Positions 49,391-59,562 of a DNA stretch of 64,000 nucleotides are shown one piece after another. Within the stretch, counting starts at the first letter, position 1. Each line of letters opens with the position of its first letter. This stretch comes from Candidatus Woesebacteria bacterium (GTDB lineage Bacteria; Patescibacteriota; Microgenomatia; UBA8517): contig CP066686.1 of the NCBI GenBank assembly GCA_016432365.1, positions 273,771 through 337,770 on the forward strand, read 5' to 3'. A program made the position numbers and the translations under genes. The notes under the pieces are model-generated. The model was not told where the DNA came from and made no database searches. It saw nothing but the letters and a program-made list of their open reading frames with translations.

Positions 49391-49446
49391 TGAGTTGAGT
49401 TTTCCTTCTTGCATTTTGTTTGGTGCCATAGTACAAATGTAGCGTA

Positions 49447-50532
49447 ATGGTGAAACACAAAAAACCCGAAACTGAGGCTCCAACTAAACAAGAAGGTGGC
49501 GCACAAAAATTGGCTGCAATCCGACTTGCGATGGACCAAATCGAAAAACAATACGGTAAGGGAAGTATAATGCGCCTCGGTGGAGACAGCGGTGAGAAAT
49601 TTAAGTTTGATGTAATTTCCACGGGCTCCATAGCGGTTGATTTGGCACTTGGAGTGGGTGGTTTCCCAAGAGGCCGAATTATAGAAATCTATGGCCCTGA
49701 AGCTTCGGGCAAAACCACATTGGCTCTTTCTGTTATTGCTGAAGCTCAAAAAATGGGCGGACAATGCGCTTTTGTAGACGCAGAACACGCCTTGGATCCT
49801 ACACGTGCGGAAATTTTGGGGGTGGATCTGGATAATCTTTTAATGTCCCAACCGGACACTGGTGAACAAGCTTTGGAAATCACGGAAACTTTAATTCGTT
49901 CAGGTGCGATAGATGTGGTTGTAGTTGATTCGGTTGCCGCACTTGTGCCGAGAGCGGAACTTGAAGGAGAAATGGGTGACAGTGTTATGGGAATGCAGGC
50001 CCGTTTAATGTCTCAAGCCTTGAGAAAACTTACCGGTGCAATTTCAAAATCAAAAACGGTTTTGATATTCACCAACCAACTTCGCCAAAAAATCGGTGTT
50101 ATGTTTGGCAACCCGGAAACAACCCCCGGAGGACTTGCGCTTAAATTCTATTCGTCAGTTCGCATAGATCTAAGAAGAATTGAAGTTCTTAAAGATGGGG
50201 AAAAAGTGATTGGTTCAAGACATCGTGCAAGGATAGTCAAAAATAAATGCGCCCCTCCCCTTAGGGTTGCCGAGTTTGACATAATGGAAACAGAGGGAAT
50301 AAGTAGATTTGGTGGAATTCTGGATGTGGGTCTTGAGTTGGGGCTAATCGGCAAAAACGGATCTTTCTTTAATTACGATGGCAAGCCAATAGCTCAAGGC
50401 AAAGAAGCGGCAAAATTGTACTTAAAAGATAACTCTAAAGTGGCTGACGAAATTGACAAAAAGATTCGCGACCTAGTTGCTTCCGGTAAACCTCTGCCAA
50501 AAGAAATTGGTGAAGAAAATAAAGAAGAATAA
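49447..50532 (+). CDS. recA: recombinase RecA
   Basis: Walker [10 protein letters not shown] and L1/L2 loops. Short N-terminal extension. Confidence 0.95.
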   Translation: MVKHKKPETEAPTKQEGGAQKLAAIRLAMDQIEKQYGKGSIMRLGGDSGEKFKFDVISTGSIAVDLALGVGGFPRGRIIEIYGPEASGKTTLALSVIAEAQKMGGQCAFVDAEHALDPTRAEILGVDLDNLLMSQPDTGEQALEITETLIRSGAIDVVVVDSVAALVPRAELEGEMGDSVMGMQARLMSQALRKLTGAISKSKTVLIFTNQLRQKIGVMFGNPETTPGGLALKFYSSVRIDLRRIEVLKDGEKVIGSRHRARIVKNKCAPPLRVAEFDIMETEGISRFGGILDVGLELGLIGKNGSFFNYDGKPIAQGKEAAKLYLKDNSKVADEIDKKIRDLVASGKPLPKEIGEENKEE

Positions 50533-50539
50533 TTTTTAA

Positions 50540-51217
50540 TCAGATTCTGTTGTATTGGTGAAACCTTGGTGATTGTGGACAGTTTTTGGCCCCGCCCAGC
50601 CCACTGAATGTAGCTGGTTTATAGCCGGTAACTCTCTCCAAAGCCCCGATAAAATCTTTCACTTTGCCAATTATCTCTTCAAACGGAATGTCTTCTGGTT
50701 TATCGAATTGTCTAAAGTGGGGATTGGGCTCGTCACCTTTTTCGGAAAAAGAGATTTTAAACATGGTTTTCCTCCACCGTTCAATTGTGTCCTCCCGCTT
50801 TTGATAATTCCCCATTTTTTCGGCAAACTTATCGCTTATTGCCGCCTTTTCCCTTGAACTAACAGCTGTTTCAAGTTCCATTTCGAACTCTTTGATGTTT
50901 GGTTCTTCAATACTCTGTTCAACGAGCTGTACCTGATCAAGTAGTGCGACATGGACATCTTTACAAGAAGTCGTCGGATAATATGTTGCTGCTTCTAGGT
51001 AGTGGATTACTCCATCTGAATAATGCGTGTTTGTCATTTTCTCGCCGCAAAAAGTATTTGGATCTAAATCAATTCCTGCAAGCGACGCTCCAATTTGAAT
51101 AAGTTTTGTATGGGGACACCAAGGTTTTTCCCCGTGGCCTTCCGGGAAATTAACAGGAATAATCGGTTCAAACTCCAACATACTGGCGATTGTAGTTTTT
51201 AGTGAATATAATGTCAA
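50540..51217 (-). CDS. hypothetical protein (possible LAS/M15-like zinc hydrolase; weak)
   Basis: PHT...GASLAGIDLD and IHY segments faintly resemble the VanY/M15 SxHxxGxAxD and ExxH motifs. Inference only. Confidence 0.45.
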   Translation of the reverse strand: MTLYSLKTTIASMLEFEPIIPVNFPEGHGEKPWCPHTKLIQIGASLAGIDLDPNTFCGEKMTNTHYSDGVIHYLEAATYYPTTSCKDVHVALLDQVQLVEQSIEEPNIKEFEMELETAVSSREKAAISDKFAEKMGNYQKREDTIERWRKTMFKISFSEKGDEPNPHFRQFDKPEDIPFEEIIGKVKDFIGALERVTGYKPATFSGLGGAKNCPQSPRFHQYNRI

Positions 51218-51852
51218 GCATGCCGCAAATAACTTCTATCAAACAACAAAAAGCTAAAAATAGAGTCAATGTGTATTTGGACGACAAATTTGGGTTTGGA
51301 ATAGATCTCGATAATTTTGTGTTGCTTCACCTCAAAATTAATCAGGAACTGACGGATGAAGAAGTCGTGGAAATTGTTAAAAAAGCCGAATTTCAAAAGA
51401 CATTGGATAAGCTTCTCCGTTTTGCGACCCTCAGACCAAGAAGTGAAAAAGAAGTGAATGATTATTTTCGGCGTAAAAAAGTCCACGAGAGTATGTGGGA
51501 ACCACTTTTTGAAAAACTTAAACACTTTGAACTTATAGACGACCTTAAATTTGCCAAGTGGTGGGTAGATCAACGCCAAAATTTTAAACCCAAACCAACC
51601 AGAATTTTGAAGATCGAACTTACTCAAAAAGGCATAGTCAAAGAAATTATAGAAAATGTACTGGGGGAAACAAAAGTTGATGAAGAAAAAATGGCACGAG
51701 AACTTCTGACTCGAAAGGCGTACAAATGGAAAGGTTTAGAACCGCGTTTAACGCGGCAAAAAATGTCGCAGTATTTGGCAGGAAAAGGGTTTGGATGGGA
51801 TTTAATTGAGAAGATTGTAAAAATTGCAGTGGGTGACAAACATCTTTTGTGA
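51202..51852 (+). CDS. recX: RecA regulator RecX
   Basis: Three-helix repeat architecture (NVYLDD.F.F..., FAKWWVDQR). Start ambiguous between 51202, 51211 and 51220. Confidence 0.8.
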   Translation: MNIMSSMPQITSIKQQKAKNRVNVYLDDKFGFGIDLDNFVLLHLKINQELTDEEVVEIVKKAEFQKTLDKLLRFATLRPRSEKEVNDYFRRKKVHESMWEPLFEKLKHFELIDDLKFAKWWVDQRQNFKPKPTRILKIELTQKGIVKEIIENVLGETKVDEEKMARELLTRKAYKWKGLEPRLTRQKMSQYLAGKGFGWDLIEKIVKIAVGDKHLL

Positions 51853-51885
51853 CGTTGTCACCCACTTTGTTGCTAAATTTTTTCG

Positions 51886-52215
51886 TTAAACCAGCTCAGG
51901 TTTGAAATAGTCGTCGGTGTGTGGAAAAGTGTATCCTGCCCACTCATCGGACGCTGTTTCCAAGGATGCCGAAAATGGCAACCAACCAACTCTTGTGTCG
52001 CCCATCACGATATCCATAACTCTGGACGTTCCCGGGTTGTTGTTTAACCAAAAGGTCAGCCTCATTTCTACCAAAGCCCCTGCCTCGTGGTGTTTTGGAT
52101 CGACCTTTCGCAAGAACCTCATTGGGTCCTCGATGCCTCTTGAAAGAAGCACCCGTACGAAAGCAGCCTGGGCAGCACCAACACTTGCGGTAATCTCTAT
52201 CGCTATCGCTGACAT
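51886..52215 (-). CDS. hypothetical 109-aa protein, GC-rich with SD
   Basis: About 50% GC. AAGAGGAG SD before the ATG. No motif recognised. Confidence 0.45.
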   Translation of the reverse strand: MSAIAIEITASVGAAQAAFVRVLLSRGIEDPMRFLRKVDPKHHEAGALVEMRLTFWLNNNPGTSRVMDIVMGDTRVGWLPFSASLETASDEWAGYTFPHTDDYFKPELV

Positions 52216-52385
52216 TGTAAAACTCCTCTTCCCGTCTCGGGAAATTGTGAGACTCGTCTCGAGTCTAGGGTGTGCGAGTGGCGTCGATTTCAGCCAAACT
52301 TAGGCAGTATAGCACAATCAGCCTCAAAAGTCAATAATTATGGGGTACGATTGAAACCATATTTTGGATATGTTATATTGGCGTT

Positions 52386-52775
52386 ATGGAACAAACGAAC
52401 AGCTTTAGGTGGTATTATTCAATCGTTGAACAGGCTCACGATCGAATTCAAGATCCAGATTTTGACTATATTGATTTTGCCAGGCAGAATATGGACGAAT
52501 TTAGAAGAGACAATACAACACCGGACAAGCGTCAAGAAATTGCAGTTCAAGTTTCAGAGACATTAAGTCAGAAAATGAATCAGGTAGATACAATGGATAC
52601 ATTGTATAAGTATCTTGATTTCAAAAAAGTTTTAGGTGCCGCCGATCCAACGCTGAAATCGTTTATGAGAACATGTTTACGTATGGGTGATTTTGTTGCT
52701 GCTGATATTTTAACCCCAAAGGAGAACTTGGAGGCTTCTATTTCTGGTGCTCAGTTAATGTCTCTTCTGGCTTAG
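52386..52775 (+). CDS. hypothetical protein (129 aa)
   Basis: Promoter TTGAAA-17-TATATT with its -10 box 6 nt before the ATG (leaderless). Confidence 0.5.
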   Translation: MEQTNSFRWYYSIVEQAHDRIQDPDFDYIDFARQNMDEFRRDNTTPDKRQEIAVQVSETLSQKMNQVDTMDTLYKYLDFKKVLGAADPTLKSFMRTCLRMGDFVAADILTPKENLEASISGAQLMSLLA

Positions 52776-52938
52776 AGCAAAAGTTGTGCACTTGTTATTA
52801 ATCTGCTAAAATACTCCCTAGAGTCAAAGAAAATGGTACAAAGAGCCTCACAAATAGCTTCTTTCGCCACTCAGGCCATCTGAGATTTCTTTCTTTGCTC
52901 TACTAGTGCCTAATGCCTAGTTTCTAATTACTAATTTT

Positions 52939-54102
52939 ATGACCGCGCAAGACGATTACAAAGATAAACTGGCCAAGGTTGCCAAGATGACAGTTGATGA
53001 GGCTAAAAAGGCCCTTTTGGATGAAGTTCAAAAGGAGCTCACCGGGGAGATTGCCAAAAAAATCAGGGCTGCCGAAGAAAAGATCAAAGAGGAAGCCCAC
53101 GAAAAATCTCTCGAAATTCTCCTGGATGCCATGAAGCAAGGCGCTACCGGTTACGTTGCCGAATATACGGTTTCTTCAGTTACCGTGCCTAACGAAGACG
53201 CCAAAGGCCGAATTATCGGCGCGGGAGGACGTAACATCCGTACTTTTGAAAAAGAGGCGGGGGTTGAAATCGAAATCGACGAAACAAACGATATCAGGCT
53301 TTCTTCGTTTGATGCTGTTCGTCGCGAAATTGCCAGGCGTGCTCTTGAAATCCTTATCAAAGACGCCAGAATTCAGCCTTCCAGGATTGAAGAAGTTGTC
53401 CGCCAGGTGAAAGCCAGCATGGAAGAAGTCCTTTTAGAGGAAGGAAAGAAAATTACTCACGAATGCGGAGTCTACAACTTGCCGGTAGAATTAATGAGAC
53501 TTATCGGCCGTTTCAGATTTAGGACCTCTTATGGACAAAACTTAGGAATCCACACCATAGAAGAAACAAAAATGGGAATCGCGATTGCCCAGGAGGTTGG
53601 AGCAAATGCAGATGTGGTGCGGCTCGGATGCTTATTGCACGATGTTGGTAAAATCGTAACCGATGAAGAGGGGAATCATATTGAGCTTGGTGTCAATCTT
53701 CTTAAAAAATATGGACTACCCAAAGAAGTTGTTGCTTGTGTAGCAGAACACCATGAGGATAGGCCTTTTTCATCCAACGAATCCGTAATTGTTTGGATGG
53801 CTGATGCAATTTCCGGTTCACGCCCCGGGGCCAGATACGAACCACACGAAGGATATGTTAAAAGAATGACCAAAATTGAAGAAGTTTCAAAAGGTTTCCC
53901 CGGAGTGGACCAGGTATTTGCATTCCAGGCAGGACGTGATGTCCGCGTGATAGTCAATCCCGACGAAGTAGATGATGACAAACTTACGGTTTTGGCTCAT
54001 GACATAGCAAGGAAACTTGAAAAAGAAGCAGAATATGCAGGACAAATTAAAGTCTCCGTTATTCGCGAAGTTCGCGCCACAGAAACAACTTCAGCTAAAT
54101 AG
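52939..54102 (+). CDS. rny: ribonuclease Y
   Basis: Coiled-coil N-terminus, KH domain (GRIIGAGGRNIR), HD domain (HDVGK...). Confidence 0.9.
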   Translation: MTAQDDYKDKLAKVAKMTVDEAKKALLDEVQKELTGEIAKKIRAAEEKIKEEAHEKSLEILLDAMKQGATGYVAEYTVSSVTVPNEDAKGRIIGAGGRNIRTFEKEAGVEIEIDETNDIRLSSFDAVRREIARRALEILIKDARIQPSRIEEVVRQVKASMEEVLLEEGKKITHECGVYNLPVELMRLIGRFRFRTSYGQNLGIHTIEETKMGIAIAQEVGANADVVRLGCLLHDVGKIVTDEEGNHIELGVNLLKKYGLPKEVVACVAEHHEDRPFSSNESVIVWMADAISGSRPGARYEPHEGYVKRMTKIEEVSKGFPGVDQVFAFQAGRDVRVIVNPDEVDDDKLTVLAHDIARKLEKEAEYAGQIKVSVIREVRATETTSAK

Positions 54103-54184
54103 TTTTGAAGTTGACAGTCTTCGATGATTTTTGCATAATCTAATCCCAGGGGAGTATTAATGTTTAACCTGGAATTACACAACA

Positions 54185-54215
54185 ATTTAAAACGACCGAC
54201 CCGGTCGTTTTTTTT
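54185..54215 (+). terminator. Rho-independent terminator (ACGACCG-ACCC-GGTCGT plus T8)
   Basis: Seen directly after rny. Confidence 0.6.
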
Positions 54216-54245
54216 GCGGCTAAAGAAAGGAAGGAGGTGATTTAG

Positions 54246-54446
54246 ATGGCAGAAAGGTTTGTGCTTAACAAAGAAGGGGAGTTGTTGGCGACCATCGAAG
54301 AAGACGAAAATTCAAAAACAACAACCGTGATGGATTGGAGGGGAAAAGAAGCATTTAAAATAGAAGAAAGAAAAGATATTCACGGAAAAACCTTTACAAA
54401 GGCGGTAGATCCCTTGAGTGGTTACGGTAACGAAAGTTACGAATAA
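54246..54446 (+). CDS. small hypothetical protein (66 aa)
   Basis: Strong SD AAGGAGGTGA 7 nt before the ATG. Confidence 0.5.
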   Translation: MAERFVLNKEGELLATIEEDENSKTTTVMDWRGKEAFKIEERKDIHGKTFTKAVDPLSGYGNESYE

Positions 54447-54542
54447 TCATTTTACTTGACCCCAGTCACAATTTCGCATTCGCCTTTTTAATTCTATTCG
54501 AATACGGCTTATGCCAAATTATAACGGGGCACGGCAATTCAC

Positions 54543-54571
54543 TTGACAATAATTGATATTTGCCGTATTCT
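54543..54571 (+). promoter_or_regulatory. promoter TTGACA-17-TATTCT for hup; -10 box 10 nt before the ATG
   Basis: Seen directly. Confidence 0.45.
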
Positions 54572-54581
54572 TGACACGAAT

Positions 54582-54857
54582 ATGACAAAAGGTGACTTGA
54601 TTGATCAAGTGGCAAGAAAAGCACATCTTACAAAAAAAGCTGCAGAAGAAGCTGTTGAGGTTTTTCTTAATGAAATCGGACGCATTTTATCTAAAGGCGA
54701 GAAAGTTGTTCTTTCCGGATTTGGAACTTTCAGAGTAATTTCGATGAAAGGTAAAACCGTTAAGATTCCAAAAACAGAAAAAATGGTTACAATTAAATCT
54801 CACAGATCTCCCCGTTTTACTCCAGGAAAGAAACTCAAACGCCAAGTGGCGAGGTAA
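54582..54857 (+). CDS. hup: HU-family DNA-binding protein
   Basis: MTKGDLIDQVA..., the GFGTF beta-arm motif and RSPRF motif. Confidence 0.85.
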   Translation: MTKGDLIDQVARKAHLTKKAAEEAVEVFLNEIGRILSKGEKVVLSGFGTFRVISMKGKTVKIPKTEKMVTIKSHRSPRFTPGKKLKRQVAR

Positions 54858-55003
54858 ATTCGAAATACGAAGCTTCAAACGCGAAACAATATTTGAATTC
54901 TAAATCCGAATGTTTAAAACATTAGAATTTATGATTTTGAATTTGTTTAGAATTTCGCGCTTCGAATTTCGGATTTGGAAAGTATACGTAGTATACTTGA
55001 CGT

Positions 55004-55993
55004 ATGGACCGAGCGATTATTGTAGACCACCTCGTAAAAAATTTTGAAGTTGTTCAAAAGGACCCGGGTTTGACGGGAGCTGTAAAGTCTCTTTTTTCCC
55101 CGAAGAAAAAACAAGTGCATGCTCTGCGGGGAGTTTCTTTTTCTATTCAAACAGGTGAACTTGTTGGGTTTATTGGACCAAATGGTGCAGGTAAAACCAC
55201 AACTCTGAAAACTTTATCCGGACTTCTGTATCCGACCAGTGGTTTTGTCAGCGTAATGGAACATGATCCTTGGGAGAGGAAACCTGAATTTTTAAAACAG
55301 ATTGCACTAGTCATGGGTCAAAAGAATCAACTTTGGTGGGACCTTCCGGCTATTGAGACTTTTGAATTAAACCGCGCAATTTATGAACTAAGTACCAGGG
55401 AATATGAAGAAAACCTCAAGGAGCTGGTTGAACTTTTGGAAATTGGAAAACTTATTAATACTCCTGTCAGAAAACTTTCGTTGGGACAACGTATGCGGAT
55501 GGAGCTTACTGCGGCGCTTCTTCATAAACCAAAGGTTTTATTTTTGGATGAACCGACGATTGGCTTGGATCTTGTCGCTCAGCAAAAAATGCGCGATTTC
55601 ATCTATGAATACAATAGAAAAAATCAGGCCACAATAATTTTAACTTCGCACAACATGGACGATTTGGTTGACCTCGCAAGGCGGGTAATTGTTGTTGACG
55701 AAGGAAAAGTTTTGTTTGATGGAGCGTTTGAAGAACTAGTTGAAAAGTTTGCCAAGGAAAAAATTATTAAGGCGACTCTAGCAAAAGATGACGGAATTGC
55801 AGACCTTGAAAAAATCGGAAAGGTAAGAAAACTCACTTTTCCGCAAGTGGTTATTGAAGTACCTAGGAATGCTATTGCAGTTGCGGCTGCCGAGCTTTTA
55901 CAAAATTTTCCGGTTGATGATTTGACGATAGAGGAAATTCCGATAGAGGATGTGATTCGCAAAGTTTTTAGAGACGGTATTTCCGGAAAATGA
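55004..55993 (+). CDS. ABC transporter ATP-binding protein
   Basis: Walker A GPNGAGKTT, signature LSLGQRMR, Walker B LFLDEPT. Confidence 0.9.
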   Translation: MDRAIIVDHLVKNFEVVQKDPGLTGAVKSLFSPKKKQVHALRGVSFSIQTGELVGFIGPNGAGKTTTLKTLSGLLYPTSGFVSVMEHDPWERKPEFLKQIALVMGQKNQLWWDLPAIETFELNRAIYELSTREYEENLKELVELLEIGKLINTPVRKLSLGQRMRMELTAALLHKPKVLFLDEPTIGLDLVAQQKMRDFIYEYNRKNQATIILTSHNMDDLVDLARRVIVVDEGKVLFDGAFEELVEKFAKEKIIKATLAKDDGIADLEKIGKVRKLTFPQVVIEVPRNAIAVAAAELLQNFPVDDLTIEEIPIEDVIRKVFRDGISGK

Positions 55994-56793
55994 ATAAATA
56001 TTTTCAGATCTTCAAAATTTCCTTTCAGGAAGAATTTGCTTATAAAATCAACTTCGTGATGTGGAGGGTACGAAATGTTTTTCAGATAATTGTCACATAT
56101 TATCTTTGGGATACTATTTTTTCCTCTCCGGGGAGACAGGTTTTTGGTTATGACAGGGCAAAAATCATGACATATATTTTTGCTCTGATGATAGTTCGTT
56201 CAATAGTTCTCTCTGCACGGGCGGTAGACGTTTCAAGCGACGTTGCCGAAGGGAACCTTTCGAATTATCTTATTCGTCCGATGAGTTATTTTAAATATTG
56301 GTTTACCCGGGACGTTGCCAGCAAGGTTTTGAATTTGTTTTTTGCCGCCGGTGAGTTTATGATTCTTTTTATAATTTTAAGACCTCCGTTCTTTTTTCAA
56401 ACAAATATTTATGTTTTTCTGTCATTCCTAATCGCAATAGTTCTAGCGGTACTGATATATTTTTCACTACTTTTTATAATTTCAGCTGTCCCTTTTTGGG
56501 CGCCCGAGCTCGGATGGGGGTCTCAATTTTTAGTAATTATTGTAATGCTGGAATTTTTATCAGGGGCTGTATTTCCGATAGATATTTTACCCGGCATTTA
56601 CCAAAAAATTATAATGTCCCTGCCGTTTCCTTATATGATATTTTTTCCTGTCCAGGTTTACTTGGGTAAAATCACGGGGATGCCACTAATACAGGGATTT
56701 GTGATATCGACAGCTTGGGCAGTGGCACTCTATTTGGCTATGCGATATGTTTGGGGCAAAGGCCTAAAGGAGTATCAGGCATTCGGAAGGTAA
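55990..56793 (+). CDS. ABC-2 family transporter permease
   Basis: 6-TM hydrophobic protein, overlapping the ATPase stop. Confidence 0.75.
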   Translation: MNKYFQIFKISFQEEFAYKINFVMWRVRNVFQIIVTYYLWDTIFSSPGRQVFGYDRAKIMTYIFALMIVRSIVLSARAVDVSSDVAEGNLSNYLIRPMSYFKYWFTRDVASKVLNLFFAAGEFMILFIILRPPFFFQTNIYVFLSFLIAIVLAVLIYFSLLFIISAVPFWAPELGWGSQFLVIIVMLEFLSGAVFPIDILPGIYQKIIMSLPFPYMIFFPVQVYLGKITGMPLIQGFVISTAWAVALYLAMRYVWGKGLKEYQAFGR

Positions 56794-56815
56794 TTATGGT
56801 GAGCGGAGTCGAACC

Positions 56816-57604
56816 ATGAAAAAATTACGATATTATTTTAAAATTTGGTGGTTACTAACCAGAAATTCATTTTCTATTGTATTGGGGCAAAGAGTTGCTC
56901 TATTGTTTTTTTTGACAGGTAAAGTACTTAGATTTTCTTTGTTTATTGGCTTTCTGTATTTTTTAATACAAGGGACAAGCGGTCTTGCCGGGTATTCAGG
57001 TAATCAAGCAGTTTTCTTCTTTCTTGTTTTCAATTTGGTAGACGTAATATCCCAGTTTTTCTTTAGGGAGGTTTACCGTTTTAGGCCGAAAATTATTTCC
57101 GGTGATTTTGATCTAACTTTGGTTAAACCAACAAATACATTATTTGTTTCGCTTTTGGGCGGAGCAGATGTGATAGATTTTTTTACGATTCCTCCACTTA
57201 TTGTCGCCGTTTTTTATGTTGGTTCCCAGTTTCACCCCTCCGTACTAAGTATTTTGTACTTTGTGCTGCTTATTGTGAATGGTTTTCTAATTGCGGCGGC
57301 TTTCCATATAACCGTCCTCGCTTTGGGAATAATTACACTTGAAATCGATCATACAATAATGATTTATCGGGACCTGACTTCCTTCGGACGATTTCCGGTA
57401 GATATTTATAAACAGCCGATTCAAGGACTTTTAACATATTTAATTCCGGTCGGAATTATGATAACCTTTCCGGCAAAAGCGTTGATGGGACTTATTAGTG
57501 GAAGTGGAGTCTTGATATCTATGTCTATCGGAATTTTGGCTTTACTTATTTCGTTCAGATTTTGGAATTTTGCCTTGAAAAAATACGCCAGCGCGAGTAG
57601 CTAA
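56816..57604 (+). CDS. ABC-2 family transporter permease
   Basis: Polytopic membrane protein in the same operon. Confidence 0.75.
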   Translation: MKKLRYYFKIWWLLTRNSFSIVLGQRVALLFFLTGKVLRFSLFIGFLYFLIQGTSGLAGYSGNQAVFFFLVFNLVDVISQFFFREVYRFRPKIISGDFDLTLVKPTNTLFVSLLGGADVIDFFTIPPLIVAVFYVGSQFHPSVLSILYFVLLIVNGFLIAAAFHITVLALGIITLEIDHTIMIYRDLTSFGRFPVDIYKQPIQGLLTYLIPVGIMITFPAKALMGLISGSGVLISMSIGILALLISFRFWNFALKKYASASS

Positions 57605-57609
57605 CAAAT

Positions 57610-58578
57610 ATGAAGAAACTTCTAGTAATTTGCGGTCCAACCTCCACTGGCAAAACTTCACTGGCTATCAAAATTGCCAATAAGTTGAATGGGGAAATTG
57701 TTTCTGCTGATTCACGTCAAGTTTACAAGATGATGAATATAGGAACGGGTAAAGATTTGCCCGTTAATTCAAAATTAATAATTAATAATTTAAAATTGGG
57801 CGGCTTCTATAAAATAGAAGACGTTCCTGTATGGGGATATGACCTTGCAGACCCAAAGGGGGAGTTCAGTGTTGCCCAATATCTCAAAATTGCACATCGT
57901 ATTATTGATGATATTTCCATAAGAGGTAAACTTCCGATATTGGTCGGTGGAACCGGCCTTTATATAAAAGGAGTCATCGACGGAATTGGTACGGCGTCTG
58001 TGCCAAAGAATAATAAACTTCGAAAGAACTTGGAAGGGAAAACCGCGGATGAACTTTACGAAAATCTTTCTCAACTAGATTCTCTTAAAGCGGGTTCGTT
58101 AAACTCTTCCGATAAAAGAAACCCTAGACGTTTAATACGAGCTATCGAAATCGCGCAATACCAACTAACAAAAAAAACCCCACCTTCCGCCCATCACACG
58201 ATCGGAAATAATTTTGATGTTATGTATGTCGGTTTGACTGCTCCCAAGGAATTTGTAGATAGAAAAATAGTGAAGAGGGTAATAGATAGGGTAGACAAGG
58301 GGATAAAAACGGAGATCGAGAATTTGTTAAAGAACGGTGTCAGTTGGGATGATCAGGCTATGATGGCCATGGGATATGGGTTGTGGCGGGACTATTTTGA
58401 AGGAGATGTGTCTGAAGACACCATACTTACAGAGTGGGCCAGGGACGAGGTGCAGTATGCCAAACGGCAGATGGTTTGGTTCAAAAAAGACGATAGAATA
58501 AAATGGTTCGATATAACTGATCCCGAATATCCAAATAATGTGGAAAATTTGATCCAAAAATGGTATAATCAGGCATAA
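57610..58578 (+). CDS. miaA: tRNA dimethylallyltransferase
   Basis: GPTSTGKT P-loop and DSRQVYK motif. Confidence 0.9.
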   Translation: MKKLLVICGPTSTGKTSLAIKIANKLNGEIVSADSRQVYKMMNIGTGKDLPVNSKLIINNLKLGGFYKIEDVPVWGYDLADPKGEFSVAQYLKIAHRIIDDISIRGKLPILVGGTGLYIKGVIDGIGTASVPKNNKLRKNLEGKTADELYENLSQLDSLKAGSLNSSDKRNPRRLIRAIEIAQYQLTKKTPPSAHHTIGNNFDVMYVGLTAPKEFVDRKIVKRVIDRVDKGIKTEIENLLKNGVSWDDQAMMAMGYGLWRDYFEGDVSEDTILTEWARDEVQYAKRQMVWFKKDDRIKWFDITDPEYPNNVENLIQKWYNQA

Positions 58579-58579
58579 T

Positions 58580-59554
58580 ATGCCACGTAAAATCGAGATC
58601 TCTCATAAAACAATAATTTTTTCAGTTTTCTTTCTGATTTTTTTGTGGTTTCTTTTTTACATTAAAGATCTGCTTTTACAGCTTTTTATCGCGCTCCTCT
58701 TTACTACAATTCTTGACCCTTTTGTTACCAGATTGGCGTCTTTCAAGATTCCAAGAGGTATCGCTATTCTTTCATCTTATGTTTTGATCTTGGGGCTTTT
58801 AGGTGGAATTATTGCACTCCTGGCCCCGCCGCTTGTAGAGCAGACAACGAATTTTGCAAATTCGCTTCCGGGCTATATTTCTCAATTGGGTATACCTCCA
58901 GTGGTTAGTTCAGAAGTAAATCGCGAGTTTTTGACGAGGGTGGGCAGTATTCCGGGACAGCTTCTTGTATTTGGGGCAAGCCTTTTGGCGAATGTAGTAT
59001 CAGTTTTGGCAGTGTTAGTTTTTACTTTTTATCTGCTTCTTTCCAGAAACAAGCTGGATGAGCAACTTGGACTTTTCTTTGGCACAGAGAAAGCAGGGAA
59101 GCTGGTTGATCTTTTGGCTAGGCTTGAAGGAAAGTTGGGAGGCTGGGCCAGGGGTGAGCTCACTTTAATGTTCCTTGTTGGTTTGCTTAATTATATTGGG
59201 TTAACAATTTTAGGAATGCCTTTTGCACTGCCGTTGGCAATTCTTGCAGGTTTATTCGAAGTTATCCCTTATTTAGGGCCACTTGTTGCGGCAATCCCCG
59301 GAGTTTTAATTGGTTTTGGGATTTCCCCTGTTACGGGTTTTGGTGTTGTGATCATGGCGATACTAGTTCAACAACTTGAAAATTATGTATTTGTTCCGAA
59401 AATAATGGGAAAGTCAGTTGGGGTTTCTCCGATTATTATTCTTTTGGCGTTTGCGATAGGAGAAAGACTGGCTGGTGTAGTGGGAATGATAATCTCCGTA
59501 CCTTTTGTAATCACGCTTCAGGTTTTGGCACAAGAGTATCTTGTGAAAGATTAG
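58580..59554 (+). CDS. AI-2E family transporter (PerM/UPF0118)
   Basis: 8-TM protein with conserved QLENYVF.P motif. Confidence 0.85.
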   Translation: MPRKIEISHKTIIFSVFFLIFLWFLFYIKDLLLQLFIALLFTTILDPFVTRLASFKIPRGIAILSSYVLILGLLGGIIALLAPPLVEQTTNFANSLPGYISQLGIPPVVSSEVNREFLTRVGSIPGQLLVFGASLLANVVSVLAVLVFTFYLLLSRNKLDEQLGLFFGTEKAGKLVDLLARLEGKLGGWARGELTLMFLVGLLNYIGLTILGMPFALPLAILAGLFEVIPYLGPLVAAIPGVLIGFGISPVTGFGVVIMAILVQQLENYVFVPKIMGKSVGVSPIIILLAFAIGERLAGVVGMIISVPFVITLQVLAQEYLVKD

Positions 59555-59562
59555 ATATCCAC

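Noticed and set aside
52840-52890. 16-codon upstream ORF (MVQRASQIASFATQAI) in the rny leader as a leader peptide
   Set aside because: No RBS, no conservation evidence. Could be coincidental in a 130-nt UTR.
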